41,912 bases of DNA from Escherichia phage Sortsne: the sequence record NC_048178.1. One strand, written 5' to 3'. Made by a program: the position numbers and the translations under genes. Below are positions 1 through 7,869 of this stretch, in pieces; position 1 is the stretch's first letter; the number at the start of each line of letters is the position of its first letter. The notes under the pieces are model-generated. The model made no database searches and had not been told where the DNA came from. It saw nothing but the letters and a program-made list of their open reading frames with translations.

Positions 1-72
1 TCGGTTACATTGGGAGATTTCACTTGATACCAATTTGAAACTTCGGAGGCTTCCGGTTACGGTATCATATAT

Positions 73-96
73 ATACCCCCCCTTTAGGGGGGGTAT
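73..96. repeat. perfect palindrome ATACCCCCCC-TTTA-GGGGGGGTAT amid GGTTAC/GTTACC iterons
   Basis: C7/G7 inverted repeat at 76-93; GGTTAC at 3-8 and 55-60, CCGTTACC at 113-120, more copies at 1826-1869 and 41594-41609. Confidence 0.5.
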
Positions 97-135
97 GATA
101 TGAAACGTGAAACCGTTACCGCGTAATGATACCTG

Positions 136-1806
136 TTAAAAGTCCTGTAGATCGTCGGTGTGGTCGTCGGTCGGTTGCCAGTCCGTCGGACGCGGATCGT
201 TATCGCGGATTCCGCCCAGTGGTCCCATAGATTCCATCATGGCCGTCAGCGTCTCGTCGCCTGCCATCTTTATCAGGATCTGCTTTTTGGTGGCATGTTC
301 GAACGCGCGATAAAAATCGACCTTGCTCATTGGCGGCTCGGCGGCGTTGCGCATCCATTCAGACAGCGCGCCTTTCGTCAGCTTAGGCCCCCGGTACTTG
401 TTGGCCTTGCGGCGCTCGTTGTACTCGTGGACGTACTGAGCGAGCCTGAGAGCGTTTTCCTGGGTCTTGCTAACCTTCTTCTCCGCCTGCTGCGCTTCGT
501 CCGCGCCTGCGGCCTCCTGTTTGACCATTTCGGGCTTATTGATAACGACCAGCGTCGTGTCGTTGTTGCCGATGTTCCACGCTGCCGGGTCGTCGCTGTT
601 CGTGACCTTGCTCATGCGGGCCATAGCCTCGCGCTTCGCCTGCACGAGCGCCGGAGGGAGTTTTACGGTCTTTGTACGGAACGCGCGACGGTCCAGCATG
701 GCGGAGCCTTTGGCCTTCGTGTGGTCGAAGATGAAAAGCTCCCGGTCCTTGTGCTTGGACAGCGTGATCTCGAATGCGGCGTTTGCCTTGAGCGCCGACG
801 CACCGCGCGCGCCCCTGGCGACGTCCTTCCCGGAGTGGTGGAGGATCACCACGCCACAGTTAAGCGCCTCGGCCAGCTTCTGCGCGTTGACCATCAGGAG
901 CGCGGCCTGGTCGTTGTTGTTCTCGCTGAATGGCTCGCCCCCGGTCCAGCGTCCGGCCTCGTCGCCCGTCGGCTCCCTCCAGACCTCGCCGATCTTCTGG
1001 CCTGCGGAGTTGGCGCTGTAGGTGTCAATTATGACCAGCGCCGGGGGATTGGCTTCGAAGAACGGGGAGGAGTTGATCGCCGCTGCGAACTTCATCAGGT
1101 CGCGCTCGCGGTTGAGTGGGACAGGTCGGCCCATGATAAACAGGTTATCCAGTGGCTTGTCGCCGTTCTGGCTGTAGCGCCAGCCCGCGTATCGCTCTTT
1201 CACGCCGTCGGCGTCCTCTGGTGCGAAGTACAACACGGAGCCTTTACGGACGGGCAAGCCGCCGAAGTGGTGGCCCTTCGCCACGCTGATCGCCATCTGT
1301 AGCGCGCAAAAGGTCTTTTTGGCCCCGGACTCGCCGACGATGAAGCCCACGGACCGCTCCGGGATCAGGTTCTGGATCACGTAGTTAACCACGCGGATCT
1401 CGGACTCCGCTCGCAGACGGTCCACGAGTTCGTCCGGCTGCTTCGCCAGCATTTCGGCGATCTTCGCCTTGTCACGTGCGCGGCGCTCCTCGGTGGTCAG
1501 GCTGCGCGGCATCATGGCGGGCTGGTTGTCCTCGTCCAGTACGACGTCCCACTGGTGATCCTCCTCCACGCTGGCGATCTGCCACAGGCTAAACTCCTCC
1601 ATGCTTACGCCGACCTGTTCGGCCTGTTCTTTGGCGAGCATTTCCTCCCGCTCCAGATCCTCCAGCGTAGGCTCCGGGGCCTGTTCCTGAATTGCTGCCA
1701 GGTCTGGGGGGATCTCGTGGTGCTCGATGGCTTCCGGTTCAAACATGGCGCGGAGTTCTTCTTCGCTCGGCTCCTGCTGCCCTTCGTCTCTGTCGTCTTG
1801 AATCAT
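136..1806 (-). CDS. RecA-fold replicative helicase/ATPase (RepA/DnaB-like, AAA_25-type) with acidic N-terminal extension
   Basis: 556-aa ORF; Walker A GESGAKKT followed by VVILHHSGKD motif typical of RepA/DnaB-like hexameric helicases; about 150-aa acidic N-terminus; GTTACC iterons on both sides. Confidence 0.6.
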   Translation of the reverse strand: MIQDDRDEGQQEPSEEELRAMFEPEAIEHHEIPPDLAAIQEQAPEPTLEDLEREEMLAKEQAEQVGVSMEEFSLWQIASVEEDHQWDVVLDEDNQPAMMPRSLTTEERRARDKAKIAEMLAKQPDELVDRLRAESEIRVVNYVIQNLIPERSVGFIVGESGAKKTFCALQMAISVAKGHHFGGLPVRKGSVLYFAPEDADGVKERYAGWRYSQNGDKPLDNLFIMGRPVPLNRERDLMKFAAAINSSPFFEANPPALVIIDTYSANSAGQKIGEVWREPTGDEAGRWTGGEPFSENNNDQAALLMVNAQKLAEALNCGVVILHHSGKDVARGARGASALKANAAFEITLSKHKDRELFIFDHTKAKGSAMLDRRAFRTKTVKLPPALVQAKREAMARMSKVTNSDDPAAWNIGNNDTTLVVINKPEMVKQEAAGADEAQQAEKKVSKTQENALRLAQYVHEYNERRKANKYRGPKLTKGALSEWMRNAAEPPMSKVDFYRAFEHATKKQILIKMAGDETLTAMMESMGPLGGIRDNDPRPTDWQPTDDHTDDLQDF

Positions 1807-1952
1807 AACGCTTTCCTTAAATCATGGTAACAGTGTGAGGTTTCATTGTAACCACGGCGTGTTACCGCGTCAACGTCCCACCGTTAAAGATAATTCTTTA
1901 CATCATGGTTTCGCTGTATTACCTTTAAGACTCCCCACTTCGGGAGGTATAG

Positions 1953-2393
1953 ATGGAAATTTTCGGGAGTAACGGCGTCGCCCCGGTGCGGCGCAAAACC
2001 AGCGCGGAGAAGCTGCTGGAGATACTGGAGAAGGTCACGCCCACGGATCTGTCCATTCAGGACGCTATCGATCGCGGGGTGCTGGATCGCTTCGGAGTGA
2101 CGCAAGAAGTCCGGGACGCTTTCGCCCGGCTGCGGCCATCGGAGCAAATCTTCGCGGCGTTCTTCGGTGTCGAGGGTGTGAACGACGAGGCAATGATGGC
2201 CCTATGTCGCCACACGGCAAACATGGAGCGCGCCGGACTGCTGCGCGATCTGAAAGTGGACAGGAGCCTTATCGAATGCGCTCCGGTCGAGTCGGACGGT
2301 CTGGACCACGTGATCCCCCCAGGGGTCGAGGTCGGACCGGAATTAGCCGCCGCCGTTCTGCGGTGTCGGGAACAGTTGAGGAGCAAACAGTGA
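1953..2393 (+). CDS. hypothetical protein
   Basis: 146-aa ORF with GGGAGG Shine-Dalgarno 8 nt upstream; first gene of plus-strand cluster divergent from helicase. Confidence 0.5.
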   Translation: MEIFGSNGVAPVRRKTSAEKLLEILEKVTPTDLSIQDAIDRGVLDRFGVTQEVRDAFARLRPSEQIFAAFFGVEGVNDEAMMALCRHTANMERAGLLRDLKVDRSLIECAPVESDGLDHVIPPGVEVGPELAAAVLRCREQLRSKQ

Positions 2394-2593
2394 AAAAGTT
2401 GTTAATGCGGATCGTTACTAACATAACCATCATGATCGCCGTCTACGTCGTCGTGATGTTCTTCGCTCCGGGGCATATCAAGCCGGGCGGACTGGAGGCC
2501 GTAGCCGCTGCGCTCACGCTGGCCGTTCTCGTTGCGCTGGACTACGTGCGCGACTTCATCGTGAAAGTTCTGGACCAGAAGGGGGAAGCGTAA
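2390..2593 (+). CDS. small hydrophobic (membrane) protein
   Basis: GTG start overlapping upstream stop (GTGA), GAGGAG RBS 8 nt upstream; sequence MRIVTNITIMIAVYVVVMFFAPG...LTLAVLVAL suggests two TM helices; alternative ATG start at 2405. Confidence 0.4.
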   Translation: MKKLLMRIVTNITIMIAVYVVVMFFAPGHIKPGGLEAVAAALTLAVLVALDYVRDFIVKVLDQKGEA

Positions 2594-3156
2594 TGTTTAT
2601 CAAGGTGAAGCGTTTTAACATGGAGTGCCTGCTGAATATCCACAAGATCGAGGCGGTGGTCCCGATGGACGACGGCAAGACGACCAGCGTTAAGGCTGAG
2701 GGCCATAGCTTCGACTGGGCGATCCCGTTCGACCAGGCTCAAGACGTCTTGATCGACTGCGCGGCCCAGGTGACGGCCCCGATCGCCTCCCGCGTGATGG
2801 CGCTGGACAATACGCTGGCACGTACCGCCCGGAGCGTGGAGGACCTGCTGGAGAAGCTGGACAGCGCCATGAATACGCCGATCATTAACTGCGACGGCAT
2901 GACGCCGGAGGAGGCGGAGCGATTCAAGTCCACCATGCGAGACACGCGCGCCACGCTGGACAGCATCCAGCCCCGGCTCGTTAGCCAGCCAGACGGGACG
3001 AAGGCGCGCCTAATGAGAGCGGAGGCTCTGCTGGCGGAGGTCCATCACGCATGGAACAACGACGCGGACGCGGCCAGCGCGATCGGCCACTACCTCGGAT
3101 CGAATATCGAAAACTTTTTGTACCCAGGCGAAAAAAAGGCTTGTGATAAAGAATAA
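2593..3156 (+). CDS. hypothetical protein
   Basis: 187-aa ORF; ATG overlaps upstream stop (TAATG), implying translational coupling. Confidence 0.5.
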   Translation: MFIKVKRFNMECLLNIHKIEAVVPMDDGKTTSVKAEGHSFDWAIPFDQAQDVLIDCAAQVTAPIASRVMALDNTLARTARSVEDLLEKLDSAMNTPIINCDGMTPEEAERFKSTMRDTRATLDSIQPRLVSQPDGTKARLMRAEALLAEVHHAWNNDADAASAIGHYLGSNIENFLYPGEKKACDKE

Positions 3157-3169
3157 ATCACGATAGTAT
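3141..3169 (+). promoter_or_regulatory. sigma70-like promoter TTGTGA-N17-TAGTAT with ATCACGA motif in spacer
   Basis: Read directly from sequence; followed by a 5' hairpin and gene 3217. Confidence 0.4.
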
Positions 3170-3178
3170 TAAGTTGTC

Positions 3179-3197
3179 GCCGGGGAATGGCCCCGGC
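3179..3197 (+). promoter_or_regulatory. 5'-UTR hairpin GCCGGGG-AAUGG-CCCCGGC (boxB-like candidate)
   Basis: Perfect 7-bp stem, pentaloop AAUGG, about 10 nt after predicted transcription start. Confidence 0.4.
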
Positions 3198-3216
3198 AAT
3201 AACGGAGATTGAGACG

Positions 3217-3456
3217 ATGGCAAAATTAACAGTACGCATCACAAACGGTCAGGAACGCGGTCGCCAGTGGAATCACCACTTTAAAGCCACATCGGGCCAC
3301 GCCACTGTTAAGCGTTACCTGGACTGGAAAGCGGCGGAACTCACAGGCGAGGAGCCGGAAGTCGAGGACTACGTGGACGAGTTCACCACACGCGGCGAAG
3401 TCGAAGCACGTCGCATTATCCATCGTAACAACCTGCGCGCCGCTGAATACTACTAA
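3217..3456 (+). CDS. hypothetical protein
   Basis: Start refined to ATG at 3217 (GGAG RBS 9 nt upstream); the track start at 3187 lies inside a perfect 5' hairpin. Confidence 0.5.
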   Translation: MAKLTVRITNGQERGRQWNHHFKATSGHATVKRYLDWKAAELTGEEPEVEDYVDEFTTRGEVEARRIIHRNNLRAAEYY

Positions 3457-3460
3457 CCAG

Positions 3461-3498
3461 CCCGGCCCCTTCGGGGGCCATCCACCCAGGAGTCGAAG
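3461..3498 (+). repeat. conserved intercistronic element, copy 1 (hairpin GGCCCC-UUCG-GGGGCC plus CCCAGGAGTCGAAG leader)
   Basis: Near-identical to 16206-16245. Confidence 0.6.
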
Positions 3499-3876
3499 AT
3501 GTCAAAAATGATCGTTGTTACCCGCTGGCCTACTGCCGCCGACGCACAGCAAGACGCGGAGCGCGTGGCCTCACTCATTCGCGCCCATTCCTGCGTCCAG
3601 TCCATGCCGATCCGCGTTAACACATACGAGCGCGAGGAGAAGCTGGGCGGCGGGTTCGGCTACGTGCTTACATGCGGCCCGGTGTCGATAGTCTGCCGGA
3701 GCCTTACACGTTACACGGCCTGCTATTCCCTGCCGGAAGGTCCACGCGGAAACCATCGGGACGAGTTCGAGGCGGTCACGGCTGAGGCGGCGATCGATGA
3801 AATGCGGGAATTTCTGGAAGCGCGGATCGAACATGCCCGGCTCGCGCTGGCCGTACTGGCCGGGCCGGACTCATGA
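3499..3876 (+). CDS. hypothetical protein
   Basis: 125-aa ORF preceded by conserved hairpin plus CCCAGGAGTCGAAG leader. Confidence 0.5.
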   Translation: MSKMIVVTRWPTAADAQQDAERVASLIRAHSCVQSMPIRVNTYEREEKLGGGFGYVLTCGPVSIVCRSLTRYTACYSLPEGPRGNHRDEFEAVTAEAAIDEMREFLEARIEHARLALAVLAGPDS

Positions 3877-4094
3877 TCCCGGCGAAGGTGCAACGGAAAG
3901 CGAAGGCGATCCTCCACCTGTACGCCCAGAAGGAGGTCCAGCCCCGCAAGCTGGCCGGAGGTCTGGGCCTCGCGCTGGAGGTCGGTTATCGCTGGCGTCT
4001 CCTGTCGCGTGACAAGGGCGCAACGTGGGATCTGGTATCACACGAGCGCTACAACAAACTAACCAGGGGCAAAAAGCCCCGCACAATGAGGTAA
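3873..4094 (+). CDS. hypothetical basic protein
   Basis: 73-aa ORF, ATGA start/stop overlap with upstream gene; Lys/Arg-rich. Confidence 0.4.
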   Translation: MIPAKVQRKAKAILHLYAQKEVQPRKLAGGLGLALEVGYRWRLLSRDKGATWDLVSHERYNKLTRGKKPRTMR

Positions 4095-4099
4095 CTACA

Positions 4100-4396
4100 A
4101 TGCAAAAATATTACTATCTGGTAGAGGCTCACGGTCGCCAGGTGCTGGTCCGCAAGGGCGAAAGCGAAGAAGATCTCCCGGCGATCCAGTTCGTGACGCA
4201 CACGGACGACGGCGCGGAAATGTCGTTCGGCCTGAATTTTGAGCCGAAGGAAGGCTCCACCGAAGAAGCCGCCGAAGCGGACCGCGATCGCGCCTTCGAG
4301 AAGGAGGAAGAACTCCGCACTATGGCCGAAGCCTACGCGGAGAAGCTGATCGGATGTGCTACCGGGTTCGACGCTTTGCGCGCTTTGCAAGGCTAA
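4100..4396 (+). CDS. hypothetical acidic protein
   Basis: ATG at 4100 with GAGGT RBS 7 nt upstream (track ORF 4025 trimmed to this start). Confidence 0.45.
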   Translation: MQKYYYLVEAHGRQVLVRKGESEEDLPAIQFVTHTDDGAEMSFGLNFEPKEGSTEEAAEADRDRAFEKEEELRTMAEAYAEKLIGCATGFDALRALQG

Positions 4397-4420
4397 TCAA
4401 AACGTTATTCCATTCCTACT

Positions 4421-4441
4421 AAGGGGCCTTTGCGGCCCCTT
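4421..4441 (+). terminator. GC hairpin (weak terminator/attenuator) upstream of holin
   Basis: AAGGGGCC-TTTGC-GGCCCCTT hairpin, short T tract. Confidence 0.3.
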
Positions 4442-4494
4442 GATTCTACGTGCTACCCTTTAGCGGTTATTTAATTGTTAAAAGGGATCAGGCA

Positions 4495-4851
4495 ATGTCC
4501 GAACATACGACGCTCTGGCAATTGTTCCAGTTGTACCGGGTGGAGTTGGGTTATTCATTCATCGCGGCGTCTGTCGCGGTATTCCGTCACTGGCAATTAC
4601 GCCACCCATTCCGCGATATCGTAAGCGGCGGGGCCATCTGCGCGGCGGTGGCGTTCGGGATGAATAACATCCTGTCATTCTTTGGGGTCGATCATGGTAC
4701 GTGGGGTTATCTGGCGTCCGTGTTCCTGGGTTACGTGGGCGTGGAGACGGCGCTCGACTGGGCCAGCGAAAAGATCCCTTTCCTGAAAAAAATCCGCGCC
4801 ACCCCGGCGCATACTTCACCAGCGGAGGATCAGACCGATGGCAAAATTTAA
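4495..4851 (+). CDS. putative holin
   Basis: 118-aa protein with hydrophobic segments and charged C-terminus, immediately upstream of and overlapping the endolysin gene; position in lysis cassette. Confidence 0.5.
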   Translation: MSEHTTLWQLFQLYRVELGYSFIAASVAVFRHWQLRHPFRDIVSGGAICAAVAFGMNNILSFFGVDHGTWGYLASVFLGYVGVETALDWASEKIPFLKKIRATPAHTSPAEDQTDGKI

Positions 4852-5311
4852 GCTAAACGAACAGCGCCGCGCCTTTCTGGACGCGATCGCCTACTGCGAG
4901 GGGACCGACAACGGACGCCAGCAAACGCGAAACCACGGTTACGACGTGGTGGTGGGCGGCTCCCTGTTCTCCGACTATTCGAAGCATCCCGATCGCCTGG
5001 TGCGCCTGCGTCCGGGCCTCTCCTCCACGGCTGCTGGCCGCTACCAGTTGTTAAGCCGTTATTACGACGTGTACAAAAAACAGCTTGGCCTCCCGGACTT
5101 CGGGCCGGACAGCCAGGACCAGATCGCGCTCCAGCAAATCAGCGAGCGTAAAGCGCTGGAGGATATCGACGCGGGCCGGATCGAGTCTGCCGTGGCGAAG
5201 TGTAACAAGACGTGGGCCAGCCTGCCCGGCTCCCCTTACGGTCAGCATACCTACAGCATGGCCGTATTTCTGGAGCAATTCCGCAAGGCGGGCGGGAAGG
5301 TGGCCGCATGA
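4838..5311 (+). CDS. endolysin, lambda R-type lytic transglycosylase
   Basis: 157 aa; strong resemblance to lambda R as recalled (FLDAIAYCEGTDNGRQQTRNHGYDVVVGG...AGRYQLLSRYYD...WASLPG). Confidence 0.9.
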   Translation: MAKFKLNEQRRAFLDAIAYCEGTDNGRQQTRNHGYDVVVGGSLFSDYSKHPDRLVRLRPGLSSTAAGRYQLLSRYYDVYKKQLGLPDFGPDSQDQIALQQISERKALEDIDAGRIESAVAKCNKTWASLPGSPYGQHTYSMAVFLEQFRKAGGKVAA

Positions 5312-5829
5312 TCGCCGCCCTCCGGCTGTTCCTCTCGACTCACTGGCGCTTAGTGCTGCTGGCCGTTGTCGTGCTGCTGGCGCTGGGGGGATCTTTCTGG
5401 GCGGGCCACGAGTGGAGCGATCGCGCGTGGTCCAAACGCTGGGCGCAACGGGACGCGAACGACTCCTCCCAGGAAGCGAACGCACAAGCCGCCGCCCGTA
5501 TCATTGAACAGGGGCGAAACATCGCCCGCGAGGAGTCCGTAAAATATGCGAACGAACAGGCCGCAAAAGCTCGCGCCGCTGCTGCTGCTTCTGGTGCTGC
5601 CCTTGATCGGTTGCTCGAACGAGCCAGCAAGGAAGCCGCCCGACGCGAAGCCGCTGATCAGACCGCTGCCCTCGGAAGGGCGTCAGGGGAACAGACCGCC
5701 CGAATGTATTCCGACTTGCTCCGACGGACTGGAGAAGCTGCTCGACGGTATGCTGATATAGCGGAGGGGGCGATCACCGCTGGGGAGGTATGCGAAAGGA
5801 ATTACGACGCCGTGGAGCGTCAGCAATGA
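5308..5829 (+). CDS. i-spanin (Rz-like)
   Basis: N-terminal TM anchor then Ala/Arg/Glu-rich coiled-coil-like periplasmic region; directly after endolysin; contains embedded lipoprotein ORF. Confidence 0.7.
   Translation: MIAALRLFLSTHWRLVLLAVVVLLALGGSFWAGHEWSDRAWSKRWAQRDANDSSQEANAQAAARIIEQGRNIAREESVKYANEQAAKARAAAAASGAALDRLLERASKEAARREAADQTAALGRASGEQTARMYSDLLRRTGEAARRYADIAEGAITAGEVCERNYDAVERQQ
5546..5761 (+). CDS. o-spanin (Rz1-like), embedded in Rz in alternate frame
   Basis: 71-aa ORF wholly inside Rz; signal peptide with lipobox LIGC; proline-rich mature part. Confidence 0.65.
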   Translation: MRTNRPQKLAPLLLLLVLPLIGCSNEPARKPPDAKPLIRPLPSEGRQGNRPPECIPTCSDGLEKLLDGMLI

Positions 5830-5858
5830 GAAAGGGGCCTTGCGGCCCCTTTTTTTAT
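5829..5858. terminator. bidirectional intrinsic terminator between lysis cassette and Ig-like gene
   Basis: AAAGGGGCC-TTGC-GGCCCCTTT stem-loop followed by T7, A-rich on the other side; convergent gene ends. Confidence 0.8.
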
Positions 5859-6625
5859 GCTGCCGGATTAACCGTAACAGTACAGTGAATGGATTCGACC
5901 GTTTTCGGGGGGTTGGTGTTGCTGCTGGTGGCTACGCACCAGTATTCCCCGGCATCACCAGCGACCGGGGACGCTTTGGTGTAGGTCGCGGAGGTCGCCC
6001 CGGAGATCGGCGCGCCGTCCTTGTACCACTGGTAAGAGTACGGAGCGAGGCCCGTCTGAGGGTTCGCGGCCACTACCAGGGAGGCGGAGGTCCCGACGGT
6101 CCACGTCGCGCTCGCGGACAGGTTGGTGGACAGCGAGATCGCGACCTTCGTCCTCACGCGCTGAGAGTCCAGCGTCTGCCCGATCGAGTCGGTGATGGTC
6201 ACGAAGTAGTCCGCGTTATGGGTCGCTGCGGTGTAGTTCGAGATCGTCAGCGTGTCAGTCGTTGCGCCGCTGTAGCCGTTGGCGTTGGTGACGTTGCTCG
6301 TCTGCCCGCCGGAGATTTTCTTCCACTGGTAGGAGTAAGGAGGAACGCCATCAGCGGCCACCACTTTAAAGTCCTTACTGGTGCTAACCGGGACGTAAGT
6401 CGCGCCAGCGTCGCCAGCGGCCACGCCGGGGAGATCGGTCGTGAACTTGAGCGGCTTCGCCAGGTTCGGGTCGTACTCCATGTAAAACATACCAGTGGGA
6501 TCAAGCCCGGTCGGCTCGTCAGCCAGCCAGATCACGTCCTGCTGAGGGACTTCCGACGGGTCGGAGATCCGGGTGACTTTCCAGCCCAGGAGATCCGGGC
6601 GGTAGTAGCGATGCCAATAACTCAT
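5855..6625 (-). CDS. Ig-like domain protein (two tandem Ig-like repeats)
   Basis: Start refined to ATG at 6625 (GAGGA RBS); repeated PPYSYQWKK / APYSYQWYKDG motifs typical of bacterial Ig-like domains. Confidence 0.55.
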   Translation of the reverse strand: MSYWHRYYRPDLLGWKVTRISDPSEVPQQDVIWLADEPTGLDPTGMFYMEYDPNLAKPLKFTTDLPGVAAGDAGATYVPVSTSKDFKVVAADGVPPYSYQWKKISGGQTSNVTNANGYSGATTDTLTISNYTAATHNADYFVTITDSIGQTLDSQRVRTKVAISLSTNLSASATWTVGTSASLVVAANPQTGLAPYSYQWYKDGAPISGATSATYTKASPVAGDAGEYWCVATSSNTNPPKTVESIHCTVTVNPAA

Positions 6626-6699
6626 AATTTTGTCCTCATGGTGCGCCGTGTTATAGTTCCCCGGCATTGTAGATCATCTTTGAGCCGTAAACGAAAGGA

Positions 6700-6726
6700 G
6701 CCGCATTTTAAGCGGCCCTTTTTTTT
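6700..6726 (+). terminator. plus-strand-oriented terminator-like hairpin with T8
   Basis: GCCGC-ATTTTAA-GCGGC then CCTTTTTTTT; lies between two minus-strand genes. Confidence 0.35.
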
Positions 6727-6827
6727 CATAGTAGGGTAGTAACCCCGAAGCCAATTAAACCCCATACGGCGGCACTGGCTGCGATTACGCCCCAAATTAC
6801 ATAGCGGTGTCCGCGTAAGTCTTTCAT
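6726..6827 (-). CDS. small single-TM peptide (33 aa)
   Basis: Below track cutoff; ATG overlaps upstream stop (TGATG), GAGGGG RBS; translates MKDLRGHRYVIWGVIAASAAVWGLIGFGVTTLL. Confidence 0.3.
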   Translation of the reverse strand: MKDLRGHRYVIWGVIAASAAVWGLIGFGVTTLL

Positions 6828-7216
6828 CAGAATTTCCCCTCTTTCTTGAATTTTGCGATCCGCCCACGGAGAGCGGCGACGGTTTTCCCCAGCCAGTTAG
6901 CGACGTGCTTATGGGTCAGCCCGTCCGGCACTATGACGCCATGAGGTACGACGGCCACCAGTTCGTCCTCGTCCTGCTCCGTCAGTAACCCCTCATACCA
7001 GCGGGCCAGCTTGCGGTCCTCCTCCGTGGTCCACAGGGTGTACGTTTTACTATACGCCAGCGAGACGCCCAGGTGGTGGGCGCGGACCTGCATCTGGCGG
7101 AAGTTGCGCCCGATCTTTTTGGCGAGGTCCTTCGGCGGCATGGTCCCGGCGAGGCGCTCCAGTTCGGCGTCCTGCTCGTCTGTCCATCCGATAATCTTTG
7201 CGGTGACTTGGCTCAT
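6827..7216 (-). CDS. putative DNA-binding protein with two W-T-x-E-E-D repeats (GcrA/SANT-like)
   Basis: 129 aa; IGWTDEQDAELERL and LWTTEEDRKLARW repeats; assignment from motif recollection only. Confidence 0.4.
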   Translation of the reverse strand: MSQVTAKIIGWTDEQDAELERLAGTMPPKDLAKKIGRNFRQMQVRAHHLGVSLAYSKTYTLWTTEEDRKLARWYEGLLTEQDEDELVAVVPHGVIVPDGLTHKHVANWLGKTVAALRGRIAKFKKEGKF

Positions 7217-7476
7217 TTACTCCCCTTAAGGTGTCTTTTGTTTTTGGTGGTGGCGATCATTTCTTTGAGCGATGGACCGCCGTCGCTCCCTGGTACTACC
7301 CGGACCAGGTGCGGGTCCGGCTGGTGGAGGAAGATCTCACCCTCCGGGGTGGTGATCGATATGTCGGCGATCGCGTCCTTCCCGAATACCTGGGACACTT
7401 TGGCGATCATCGTGTCCAGGTTGGCGGCTTGCGCCGCCTCCCATACTTCGCGCCGGGTCCCCTGTTTACGCGCCAT
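7213..7476 (-). CDS. hypothetical protein
   Basis: 87-aa ORF, start/stop overlaps with neighbours in a coupled minus-strand operon. Confidence 0.4.
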   Translation of the reverse strand: MARKQGTRREVWEAAQAANLDTMIAKVSQVFGKDAIADISITTPEGEIFLHQPDPHLVRVVPGSDGGPSLKEMIATTKNKRHLKGSK

Positions 7477-7756
7477 ATGCTTTCCGAAGGGCGTCGTTAG
7501 CGTGGGCCATTGTCTCGCGGATCTCGCGCTTGGTGGCCTTCACCGCTTCCGGGCCAGCGGCCCACATACGGAGGCGGTTCTGGAGGCACTGCGCGTTAAA
7601 GGCCAGTGTCTGGGCCTGCGCCAGCATCAGCCAGCTTACGACCTTCGCGCGGTTCGGACGGGAGAAGATGGTCCCCATCTGATCGCCCCAGTATTTCGCG
7701 CGGAGGTCTGCCAGTGTTTCGCCGTTCTTGTTGGTGCGGATAGTTGCTGTATTCAT
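7466..7756 (-). CDS. hypothetical protein
   Basis: Start set at ATG 7756 (MNTATIRTNKNG...) with GAGGAGAC leader; first gene after promoter at 7790-7818. Confidence 0.4.
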   Translation of the reverse strand: MNTATIRTNKNGETLADLRAKYWGDQMGTIFSRPNRAKVVSWLMLAQAQTLAFNAQCLQNRLRMWAAGPEAVKATKREIRETMAHANDALRKAYGA

Positions 7757-7789
7757 CTTTCTGTCTCCTCGTGTTGGTGTGATAAAGAA

Positions 7790-7818
7790 TATAACAAAGG
7801 ATAAGTTTACCCGCAAGA
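7790..7818 (-). promoter_or_regulatory. sigma70-like promoter TTGCGG-N17-TATATT, flanked by ATCACGAAA and TTATCACA motifs
   Basis: Minus-strand reading; immediately downstream of an intrinsic terminator. Confidence 0.45.
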
Positions 7819-7837
7819 GGTTTTTTAATTATTTCGT

Positions 7838-7864
7838 GATAAAAGAGAAAAGGCCCCGGAGGGC
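7838..7864 (-). terminator. intrinsic terminator within early minus operon
   Basis: GGCCCTCCGGGGCC hairpin followed by TTTTCTCTTTT on minus strand; promoter 7790-7818 follows. Confidence 0.5.
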
Positions 7865-7869
7865 CTCGA

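Noticed and set aside
160-1302. 380-aa plus-strand ORF antisense to the helicase gene
   Set aside because: Arg/Val/Leu-rich translation typical of antisense frames in GC-rich DNA; the overlapping minus-strand ORF has clear helicase motifs
3187-3216. Upstream ATG start for ORF 3187-3456
   Set aside because: The ATG lies inside the perfect 5' hairpin and lacks an RBS; the ATG at 3217 has a GGAG RBS at proper spacing
6626-6667. Upstream ATG start for the Ig-like gene
   Set aside because: No Shine-Dalgarno upstream of 6667, whereas ATG 6625 is preceded by GAGGA
5840-6739. 299-aa plus-strand ORF overlapping the Ig-like gene
   Set aside because: Arg/Gly-rich low-complexity product with no RBS; antisense artefact
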